In this document: one piece after another, positions 1 through 7,964 of the stretch
How positions within the stretch are numbered: the stretch's first letter is position 1
Layout of the letters: every line of letters starts with the position of its first letter
Source: Sphingomonadales bacterium
GTDB lineage: Bacteria; Pseudomonadota; Alphaproteobacteria; Sphingomonadales; Sphingomonadaceae
Direction: 5' to 3'
Length of the DNA: 64,000 bases
NCBI GenBank assembly: GCA_038211965.1
Contig: JBBQVB010000001.1
Coordinates: 29,361-93,360 of the forward strand
Made by a program: the position numbers and the translations under genes
The notes under the pieces: generated by a model
The model's input: only the letters and a program-made list of their open reading frames with translations
What the model was told of the DNA's origin: nothing
Databases searched by the model: none

Positions 1-26
1 GGCAACCCCCCGAGGACTGCCTGACG

Positions 27-2876
27 GTGCCGCTGCCGCTCGCGTCGGTGCTCGGCCCGCCCGATCCGGGTTACCCGCTGCGCGAGCGCCGTCGGGCCGA
101 AGTCGATACGCGCCACGCCAGCCTCGACAACCCGCAAGCCATCGCCGCGCACGACACGCTGCGCCTGCCGCCGCGCGAGTCGGCGTTCGTCGTCGGGCAG
201 GATGGGCAACTCTGGCCGGGGACGGCGATCAGCGCCTGCCGCTCGAACAACGGCGGTCGCCTCGATGTCGCCCCGCGCGCCTATTTCGGGCGCGCGCTCG
301 AAGGCGACACCGCCGTCCTGCCGACGCGCGCGCGGCCGCGCTGGCAGCGTCTGCGGCTGCCCGGCGCGGGGCGCGAACTCCTTGCCGCGCCGGCTTATGC
401 GATCGAGGAAGTGCGCAGCCAGAGCGACGGCATCGACAAGACGCTGGTCGCCTTCCCCGCCATCGTCGGGGAGCGCGTCCCCGGCCGCAGCCGCGAGCCC
501 GATGCCGTGCTGGTCAGCGCCGGGGTGCTGCGCAGCCTGCTGGTGCCGGTGCTGCCGCCGACCGAGCGCTTCATGGTCGTCGATCTCGGCGATCCCGGCC
601 TCGAAGTGCTCTTCCACTCCGACCGCCAGCGCGTCCACTTCGAACATGCCGCCCGCGAACTCAAATCGCCCAAGCTCGCCGCGATCCTGACGCGCCTGCG
701 CGGCCCGAAGGCAGCCGACGACGGCCCGCCGGCGCTGACCTCGACCTACGACGGTGCCCGCCAGCATTTCGGGCTGGCGCGGCTGCCGTTCACCAACTGG
801 GCGATCCTCGCGTGGCATTCGCACGACAGCGCCGACGCGGTGCCGGCGCAGGTATTGCTCGCGACGATGATGAGCTTCTCGGCGCTCGTCGTCGCGGTGT
901 GGGGCGTGCCCGCGCTGGTGCTCGCGGCGCTCGGCAAGGCGCGCTGGGGGTGGCTGTGGCCCGATGCGCGCATGCGGGGGGCGTACAACCGCCTGGGAGG
1001 CGCGCTGGCGCTGACGGCGGCATTGGGGGTGCTGTTGCTGCTGCTGTGGCCTGCCGGGCCGCTGTGGGCCGCGCTGGCGTGCTGGGCGGGGGGTCTGGCG
1101 AGTGGCATCGTCGTGCTGCGCGGGCCAAAGGGCGCGGGTGGACCGCTGCGTCCCGATACCGCGCGCGCCTATCGCAACGCCGTCGTCGCCGCACTGGTGA
1201 CGATGGTCGCGGTGCCGATGATCGCCGTCCACGCCGACGCGGCGCGCTTCGGGCGGCGCAGCGTCGACACCGATGCGCGCATCGGCCTCGATGCCGGGCT
1301 GGCGGCGCGCACGGCGGCAACGGCGGCGATCTCGAACGTCTATTTCTCCGACCTGCGCGCCGCGCGCCGCCGCGTCCTCGCGCCGACCGATCTGACCGGG
1401 GTCGCGGCGGGGTGCTGGCGACCGCTGCCCGATGCCGAGCGCGACACCGGACTGGCGCAGCGGCTGTTCAGGGGCCTGTATCACGGTCCCGCGCCCGGCG
1501 CATCGACGGTGACCCCGGCGCTCGCGGCGCTGGCGTGTCCCGGCACGTCGCTCGCGCTCGGCAGCCTGGCGACCTTCGCCGAGCCGAAGATCGAATGGGA
1601 GTCGGGGTCGCTGGCGCGCGTCGTGTGGATCGTCGTCGTCGTCGGCCTCGGTCTCGGGTTGCTGGGTGCGGCACTGGCCGTGATCCTCGAGCGCCTGTTC
1701 GGCCTCGCGACGCCGCTCGAAGCCGTGACCTACCCGCCGCTGGCGCTGTCGGACGATTTCGCCGCGCTCGTGCTACCGCCCAAGGTGATGATCGTCCGTC
1801 CGCCGCTGGGCCTCAGGAACCAGCTGTTCGACCACGGCCACCGCATCGACCTGTCCGACGAGACGCTGACGCCGATCGCCGGGCCGCAGGTGACGCCCGC
1901 CTGGGCACCGCCGCGCCACTACATCCTCTACAATCTCGAGCTGACGCTGCGCGAGCCCGAGCGGCGGCGCGCGGCGCTGCGGTACATCGAGAAGCTCGTC
2001 GAGAAGCCGGGGGTGCGCGACGGCACGACGACCCTCGTGCTCGTCGCCGAACTGACCCCGCTCGAGCGCCTGCTGCAGGCCTATGAGCACGAGAAGATCG
2101 CCGCGCAGACCGACGAGGGCCGCGACCTCGAAGCGATCCGCCGCCAGCGCGAGGACATCCGCTGGTCGAAACTGCTCGAGGATTTCCAGACCTTCATCTT
2201 CGGCTCGGTGGACAAGCTGATCCGCGCGCCGCGCACGGGAGAAACCGCGGTCGAGACGGCGGTGATCGGCGAGCTGGCGGGGCTTCCCGAACACGTCATC
2301 GCGACGCTGCTGCCGGCGGGAACGCCGATTCCGGTGTCGATGTCCCTGCGCACCACCGCCGCTTATGACGCGCTGTACCGCGACCATGTGCTCGGCTTCG
2401 CGCGCGACCTGCATGCCGCCAGCCCACAGGCGGCGATCGATTTCATCGGGCTGATGCTGATCGAACATTATCAGCAGCTGTGGTCGGCCTCGTCGCGCGC
2501 CGAGCAACTTGTGCTGCACAACCTGAGCATGCGGCGCATCCCGAGCATCGCGGCGCGCGACGCGCTGAAGTCGCTGATCCGGCGCGGGCTGGTTGCCTAC
2601 GATCCCGTGCCGCGCCTGTTCAACGCGAGCTTCGCGGCGTTCGTCCAGCACGCCGAGCGGCCCCAGACGTTGCAGCGCTGGAAGGCCGATGCGCCCAAGG
2701 GTGGCTGGCGTTTCGCGGTCTGGCCGCTGCTCATCATCTTGCCGCTCGGGCTGCTGCTCCTCGGCGGCGCGATCCTCGACTCCGGGCAGCCGCTGGTTGC
2801 GCTGCTGCCGCTGCTCGTTGCCACCGGCCCGGCTTTGTTGCAGGCTCTGGGTGTCTTCCGAAAGGCTACGACGTGA
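27..2876 (+). CDS. Large multi-pass membrane protein with a Cache-like N-terminal sensor region; function unknown. First gene of a 3-gene cassette and probably 5'-partial.
   Basis: The ORF starts with GTG at 27, but the frame stays open to the window edge. Residues ~75-260 resemble a Cache fold (DVAPRAYFGRALEGD, YAIEEVRSQSDGIDKTLVAFP, VLFHSD). There are about five hydrophobic helices between aa ~274 and ~555 and two more at aa ~894-945. The soluble region at aa ~560-890 ends in a wHTH-like stretch (LSMRRIPSIAARDALKSLIRRGLV). No GxxxxGK[ST] motif was seen. Confidence 0.6.
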   Translation: MPLPLASVLGPPDPGYPLRERRRAEVDTRHASLDNPQAIAAHDTLRLPPRESAFVVGQDGQLWPGTAISACRSNNGGRLDVAPRAYFGRALEGDTAVLPTRARPRWQRLRLPGAGRELLAAPAYAIEEVRSQSDGIDKTLVAFPAIVGERVPGRSREPDAVLVSAGVLRSLLVPVLPPTERFMVVDLGDPGLEVLFHSDRQRVHFEHAARELKSPKLAAILTRLRGPKAADDGPPALTSTYDGARQHFGLARLPFTNWAILAWHSHDSADAVPAQVLLATMMSFSALVVAVWGVPALVLAALGKARWGWLWPDARMRGAYNRLGGALALTAALGVLLLLLWPAGPLWAALACWAGGLASGIVVLRGPKGAGGPLRPDTARAYRNAVVAALVTMVAVPMIAVHADAARFGRRSVDTDARIGLDAGLAARTAATAAISNVYFSDLRAARRRVLAPTDLTGVAAGCWRPLPDAERDTGLAQRLFRGLYHGPAPGASTVTPALAALACPGTSLALGSLATFAEPKIEWESGSLARVVWIVVVVGLGLGLLGAALAVILERLFGLATPLEAVTYPPLALSDDFAALVLPPKVMIVRPPLGLRNQLFDHGHRIDLSDETLTPIAGPQVTPAWAPPRHYILYNLELTLREPERRRAALRYIEKLVEKPGVRDGTTTLVLVAELTPLERLLQAYEHEKIAAQTDEGRDLEAIRRQREDIRWSKLLEDFQTFIFGSVDKLIRAPRTGETAVETAVIGELAGLPEHVIATLLPAGTPIPVSMSLRTTAAYDALYRDHVLGFARDLHAASPQAAIDFIGLMLIEHYQQLWSASSRAEQLVLHNLSMRRIPSIAARDALKSLIRRGLVAYDPVPRLFNASFAAFVQHAERPQTLQRWKADAPKGGWRFAVWPLLIILPLGLLLLGGAILDSGQPLVALLPLLVATGPALLQALGVFRKATT

Positions 2877-2886
2877 GGCAGCGCTC

Positions 2887-5800
2887 ATGATGAGTCTCGA
2901 CGCCGCGAAGCCCGTCGACGGCCTGCTGGTCAAGCTGCGCCGCGCCGACGCTGCCGGGTTCGCCGTGGCCAACCGGATGGCGATGGGCGGCAGCGCGACG
3001 CCCGAGGTCATCCTGACCGTCCCCGCCGCCGCCGCTGCCGAGCGCGGTTTCGCCGATCACCCGAACGACGCCGTGTGGGCGCGGATGGCGAGTGGGGCCA
3101 ACGCGTGGGACGACGCGCACCGCATCATGCGGCAGGGCTTCGCCGCGGCGAGCGGGGTCATCGCCGCCGAGCCCGATCTCGGGCAGGTCTGGCGGAACGG
3201 CGAGGCAGATGCGCCGGGGCTGGGCGTGGCAGCCGACGACCGCTGCTCGCTCCGGCTCCAAACCGACGCGGGCGGGCGCGCCATCGGCCCCGGCTCGGCA
3301 TGGCACCGCGGCGACGCCTTCTCGGGACTGGCGAGCGCGGCGGCGCAGGTCGGCGACGCGGCACAGCGCGGGGTGCGGATCGCGCATCTCGATACCGGCT
3401 ACGACCCCGCGCACAGCGCGCGCCCGGCGCACCTGCTGACCGGGCGCGAGGCGAATTTCGTGACGGGCGAGGGCGCCGCCAACTCCGCTGCCGACGTGAC
3501 GCCGACGGGCGGCATCCCCTTCACCCGCGCGCGCGGCCACGGCACCGGCACCTTGTCGATCCTCGCCAGCCCGCAGTTCGGCGGCGCGCCGGGGGCGGAG
3601 ATCGTCGCCGTCCGCATCGCCGACGGCGTCGTGCGCTTCTCGACCTCGACGATGGTGCAAGGCATCGAGCACGCGCTGGCGAACGGCGCGCAGGTGCTGT
3701 CGATGAGCATGGGCGGGTACGCCGGCGGCGCGCTCGCCGATGCGGTCAACAAGGCCTACGAGGCCGGACTGACGATGGTCACGGCAGCGGGCAACAACTT
3801 TGCCGGGCTGCCGATCCGCTCGGTGGTCTATCCGGCGCGGATGCGGCGCGTCATCGCCGCGACGGGCACGATGGCCGACGGGCGGCCCTATTTCGATCTC
3901 GTCGCGCCGACGATGCAGGGCTGCTGGGGTCCAGACCTCAAGATGGCGACGGCGCTCGCGGGTTTCTCGCCGAACATCCCCTGGGCGGCGTTCAAGTGCG
4001 GCGATGTTGTCCACGAAGACGGGCAGGGCACCAGCGCCGCGACGCCGCAGGTCGCCGCGGCGGCCGCGCTGTGGATCGCGCTGCACCAGGGCGATCCCGT
4101 TTATCAGAGCTATTCGCAGGGTTGGATGCGTGTCGAGGCGGTGCGCCGCGCACTGTTCGCCGCAGCACGCAAGACGACTGCCAAGCTCGATGCGGCGGGG
4201 GTGCTTCATTTTCTCGGCACCGGCGCGCTCGATGCGCTGGCGGCGCTCGCGGTCGGGCCCGCCGCTGCGTCGGGTCTGCGCGCGGAGCCGCCCGCCAGCG
4301 CGGCATGGGCATGGGTCAAGCTGCTGTCGGGCGAAGGCGTCGGCTTCGCGCTTGCCAGCGCGCCGCGCGCCAATGCGCTCGGTCTCGAACTGATGCAGCT
4401 GGCGCAGCGCACGCCCGAGATCGAGGCGGCGCTGCTGGGCGGCGGCGGCGACCCCGACGGCGCGCTGCCCGAGGCGAACCGCAAGGCATTCTTCGAAGCC
4501 GTCCTCGATAGCGGCGCGGCCTCGCAGTTGCTGACCACCGCGCTGACGCGGAGCCTCGGGCTGCGCGACGCGGCCCCGCCGCCGGCACCGCCGCCGCTGC
4601 CCGGCACCGCGCCGTTGCCGGGGCAGGTCCGCATGGCGCGCCGCGACCCCGTCCCCGCGCAGCGCCGCCTGCGCGTCTTTGCGCTCGACCCGAGCCTCGG
4701 GGCGTCGCTCGATACCGTCGCGATCGGCCTCGCCACGGTGAACATTCCCTACGAGACCGGCGAAGACGGCAAGTCGATCCTGCGCCCCGGCCCAGTCGGC
4801 GAATATCTCGAGGTCGTCGATGTCGATCCGGCGTCGGACCGCGCCTACGATCCCGTCGATCTCGACCACCCGCACCTGCTGATCTCCGACGGGCTCGAGC
4901 CGTCGGAGGGCAACCCGCGCTTCCACCAGCAGATGGTCTACGCCATCGGCATGAAGACCATCGGCCACTTCGAGGCCGCGCTCGGGCGCAAGGCGCTGTG
5001 GGCGCCGCGCCGCTACCGCCGGGGCATCGCGTCGCGCTTCGAATATGTCCAGCGCCTGCGCATCTACCCGCACGCGCTGCGCGCCCAGAATGCCTATTAC
5101 AGCCCATCCAAGGTCGCGCTGCTGTTCGGCTATTTCCCCGCCGCGTCGGCGCGCACCGACGCGACGGTGCGCGGCTCGATGGTGTTCTCATGCCTCAGCG
5201 CCGACATCGTCGCGCACGAGATGACCCACGCGCTGCTGGACGGCGTCCACCGCCACTACCAGGAGGCGTCGAACCCCGACGTCGGGGCGTTCCACGAAGG
5301 TTTCGCCGACATCGTCGCGCTGTTCCAGCATTTCACCTACGGCGACATCGTCAGCGCCGAGATCGCCCGCGCGCGCGGCGAGATCGGCGCAGCGCGGCTG
5401 CTGTCTGGCCTCGCGCGCCAGTTCGGCGAGGGGGCGGGCAAGGCGGGGCCGCTCAGGGACTATATCGACCCGGCAACCGGCACGCTCGACTATAGCGCGA
5501 CCACCGAGGTCCACAGCCGGGGGTCGATCCTCGTCTTCGCGATCTACGAAGCCTTCGTCGCCATCGTCGAGCGTCGCACCGGCGACCTCATCCGTCTCGC
5601 CACCGGCGGCACCGGCGTGCTGCCGGCGGGCGACCTCCATCCCGGCCTCGTCACGCGGCTGACGCGCGAGACTTGCAAGGCCGCGTCGCAGGTCCTGCGG
5701 ATCTGCATCCGCGCCATCGATTATTGCCCGCCCAACGACATCACTTTCGGCGAGTATCTGCGCGCGCTGCTGACCGCCGATGTCGACCAGGTGCCCGACG

Positions 5801-6528
5801 ACCGGCTCGGCTACCGCACCGCGCTGCTGCAGGCGTTCCGCAAGCACGACCTGCTGCCGCCGCGCCTGCGTACCGTTTCGATCGAGTCGCTGGTCTGGCG
5901 GCACCCGATCGATCCCCACCCGCCATGGTTTGCCGACGCGGTGCGCGACTTCGCGATCGACTGGGCGAATAATTCCGACCGCTGGACGTCGTTCAAGCTC
6001 GTCGAGCAGCGCCGCTTCGACCTGCAGCTGCGGCTGAAGCAGGTGTTCGCCGACGACCCCGGCGTCGCCGCGAGCTTCGGGCTGCAGCACGGCCTGCCGC
6101 GCTACGGCGAGGACGGCATCGCGATCCCCGGCGAGACCGAAACCTGCTTCAGCGTCCACAGCCTGCGCCGCGTGCGTCGAGTCCGTCCCGACGGCGAGGT
6201 GGCGAACCAGATCGTCGCAGTGATCGCGCAGCGCCGCGCCGAACCCGTCGATCCGGCAGTCCCGATCGACAAGGACGACCCCAACAGCTTCTTCTGGTTC
6301 CGCGGCGGCGCGACGCTGATCATCGATCCCGCCGTGTCGGGCAGCTACCCGCCGCGTGCCGAAATCCGCTATTGCGTCGTCAAGCACATGCTCAGCACCG
6401 ACCGGCTGGCGCGCCAGCGCGCGATGGCGGGCGGCCCGGCGACCGGCCTGCGCGCGCAATATTTCGACACCCGCGCGCTCGCCCGCCGCGAGCCCTTCGC
6501 GATGCTCCACGCGGAGGACCCGGCATGA
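2887..6528 (+). CDS. Fusion protein: subtilisin-like S8 serine peptidase domain plus thermolysin-like (HEXXH...E) zinc metallopeptidase domain. No signal peptide.
   Basis: ATG at 2887 with GAGG 8 nt upstream, 10 nt after the previous stop. S8 motifs: HLDTGYD (Asp codon 3391-3393), GHGTGTLS (His 3538-3540), GTSAATPQVAA (Ser 4033-4035). A Pro-rich linker (APPPAPPPLPGTAPLPG) follows. The metallopeptidase motifs are HEMTH (5215-5229) and HEGFAD (Glu 5296-5298). Confidence 0.8.
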   Translation: MMSLDAAKPVDGLLVKLRRADAAGFAVANRMAMGGSATPEVILTVPAAAAAERGFADHPNDAVWARMASGANAWDDAHRIMRQGFAAASGVIAAEPDLGQVWRNGEADAPGLGVAADDRCSLRLQTDAGGRAIGPGSAWHRGDAFSGLASAAAQVGDAAQRGVRIAHLDTGYDPAHSARPAHLLTGREANFVTGEGAANSAADVTPTGGIPFTRARGHGTGTLSILASPQFGGAPGAEIVAVRIADGVVRFSTSTMVQGIEHALANGAQVLSMSMGGYAGGALADAVNKAYEAGLTMVTAAGNNFAGLPIRSVVYPARMRRVIAATGTMADGRPYFDLVAPTMQGCWGPDLKMATALAGFSPNIPWAAFKCGDVVHEDGQGTSAATPQVAAAAALWIALHQGDPVYQSYSQGWMRVEAVRRALFAAARKTTAKLDAAGVLHFLGTGALDALAALAVGPAAASGLRAEPPASAAWAWVKLLSGEGVGFALASAPRANALGLELMQLAQRTPEIEAALLGGGGDPDGALPEANRKAFFEAVLDSGAASQLLTTALTRSLGLRDAAPPPAPPPLPGTAPLPGQVRMARRDPVPAQRRLRVFALDPSLGASLDTVAIGLATVNIPYETGEDGKSILRPGPVGEYLEVVDVDPASDRAYDPVDLDHPHLLISDGLEPSEGNPRFHQQMVYAIGMKTIGHFEAALGRKALWAPRRYRRGIASRFEYVQRLRIYPHALRAQNAYYSPSKVALLFGYFPAASARTDATVRGSMVFSCLSADIVAHEMTHALLDGVHRHYQEASNPDVGAFHEGFADIVALFQHFTYGDIVSAEIARARGEIGAARLLSGLARQFGEGAGKAGPLRDYIDPATGTLDYSATTEVHSRGSILVFAIYEAFVAIVERRTGDLIRLATGGTGVLPAGDLHPGLVTRLTRETCKAASQVLRICIRAIDYCPPNDITFGEYLRALLTADVDQVPDDRLGYRTALLQAFRKHDLLPPRLRTVSIESLVWRHPIDPHPPWFADAVRDFAIDWANNSDRWTSFKLVEQRRFDLQLRLKQVFADDPGVAASFGLQHGLPRYGEDGIAIPGETETCFSVHSLRRVRRVRPDGEVANQIVAVIAQRRAEPVDPAVPIDKDDPNSFFWFRGGATLIIDPAVSGSYPPRAEIRYCVVKHMLSTDRLARQRAMAGGPATGLRAQYFDTRALARREPFAMLHAEDPA

Positions 6529-7916
6529 CACACGTCAGCGCGCGCCTCTATTGCCACGGCCTCGGCGACTGTTCGCTGCTCGGGGTCGCAAAACCCGACG
6601 GCGGGACCTTCTGGATCCTCATCGATTGCGGCATCCACACCTCGGCGAAGGGCGGACCGGCGATGATCGACCGCGTCGTCGCCGATATCGCGACCCATGT
6701 CTCGGTCGGGCTGGCCCCCGGTGTCCGCCCGCGCCTCGATGTCGTCGTCGCGACGCACGAGCATTGGGACCATATCTCGGGCTTCACCACGGCGGCAGAG
6801 GGCTTCGCAAAGTTCGATGTCGGCGCGGTGTGGCTGGCGTGGACCGAGAATCCCATCGACCCGCAAGCGCAGGCGCTCGACAAGTTCAAGGGGGAGGGGC
6901 TGGCGGCGGTCGCGCAGGCTGCCGACCGGCTGCGCGCCGACCCCCGCTCCCAGGCGCTCGCCGACGGCCTCGAGGCCCTGCTCGGCTTCAACTTCGGTGT
7001 CCGGGGCGAACGCTCGCGCGACGCGCGCAATGCCGTCGTCGCGCTCGCGCCGCTGAATTTCCACTATCTCGAACCCGGCAGCGTCGCGCCGCTGCCCCCC
7101 GAGCTCGGCGTTACCGCCTATGTGCTGGGACCGCCGCGCGATGCCGCGCTGCTCGGCATCAAGGACAGCGTCAGCGACACCTACGGCTTCGGGCTGAGTC
7201 TCAACAACAGCTTCGCGCTGGCCGACGGCGACATGGGCGTCGATGACGACCCCGGTGCGCCGTTCGACGAGACCGAGGGTGTCGCGCTGTCGGCGCTGGG
7301 TAACGCACCGGCCAAAGTCGGCAGCGTCGCGGCGTTCGTCCGCGATCACTATAGCGGTCGCACGCGCCCCGACATGCTGCCGCCGATCAAGGAGGACGAC
7401 CCCGACAAGCCGACGCGCGACCAGGCATGGCGGCGCATCGACAGCGACTGGCTGGGGGCGTCGGCCGAACTGGCGCTGCAACTCGACGCGCGGACCAACA
7501 ACACCAGCCTCGTGCTGGCGTTCGCGCTAGCACCGCCGCCGGTGCCGCCCGCTGGCGGGACCGGCGACGTGCTGCTGTTCGCCGCCGACGCGCAGGTCGG
7601 CAACTGGCGCAGCTGGGCCAAGGTAGTGTTCGCCGACGGCACCACCGGCCCCGACCTCGTCCGCCGCACGCGCTTCTACAAGGTCGGCCACCACGGCAGC
7701 GCCAACGCGACCCTGAAGCCCGGCGGCCTCGAAGCGATGGTCCACCCGGCACTCGAAGCTTTCATCCCGACCGACGAGGCGATGGCCAAGCGCGTCGGCT
7801 GGGGCGCGATCCCCGAACCCGCGCTGCTCAAGCGGCTCGGCGAGAAGGCGAGCGGTCGGGTGGTGCGCTCGGATGACGTGGGGGGCGTGCTCTTCGTCGA
7901 TAGGGAGTTCACCTAA
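6525..7916 (+). CDS. Metallo-beta-lactamase-fold hydrolase, ComEC/Rec2-like subtype (putative nuclease/hydrolase).
   Basis: The ATG at 6525 overlaps the upstream TGA (ATGA). Motifs: ILIDCG, the THEHWDH metal motif (His 6756, His 6762, Asp 6768, His 6771) and the late motif YKVGHHGS (7689-7700). No signal peptide. Confidence 0.75.
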   Translation: MTHVSARLYCHGLGDCSLLGVAKPDGGTFWILIDCGIHTSAKGGPAMIDRVVADIATHVSVGLAPGVRPRLDVVVATHEHWDHISGFTTAAEGFAKFDVGAVWLAWTENPIDPQAQALDKFKGEGLAAVAQAADRLRADPRSQALADGLEALLGFNFGVRGERSRDARNAVVALAPLNFHYLEPGSVAPLPPELGVTAYVLGPPRDAALLGIKDSVSDTYGFGLSLNNSFALADGDMGVDDDPGAPFDETEGVALSALGNAPAKVGSVAAFVRDHYSGRTRPDMLPPIKEDDPDKPTRDQAWRRIDSDWLGASAELALQLDARTNNTSLVLAFALAPPPVPPAGGTGDVLLFAADAQVGNWRSWAKVVFADGTTGPDLVRRTRFYKVGHHGSANATLKPGGLEAMVHPALEAFIPTDEAMAKRVGWGAIPEPALLKRLGEKASGRVVRSDDVGGVLFVDREFT

Positions 7917-7918
7917 CT

Positions 7919-7960
7919 CTCTTCCCCCTCCCCGCGCAGCGGAGTGGGGGGAGGGGAGGA
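7919..7960. repeat. REP-like C-run/G-run hairpin between convergent genes; likely a bidirectional terminator.
   Basis: CCCCTCCCC (7925-7933) pairs with GGGGAGGGG (7948-7956) around a 14-nt GC loop. It sits in the 48-nt gap between the MBL gene stop and the cysS stop. A related copy lies at 29581-29625. Confidence 0.55.
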
Positions 7961-7964
7961 ATGA

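Noticed and set aside
2866-5073. 735-aa ORF antisense to the S8/M4 protease gene; also 1773-3011 (-) and 4316-5191 (-).
   Set aside because: The products are Arg/Ala/Gly/Pro-rich with no motifs and lie opposite a gene with clear catalytic motifs. This is the typical stop-codon-poor shadow frame of a very GC-rich genome.
6525-7916. Metallo-beta-lactamase as an antibiotic-resistance gene.
   Set aside because: It has no signal peptide. It has the ComEC-like HHGS motif and a large insert, and it sits in an operon with proteases. The fold name does not imply beta-lactam hydrolysis.
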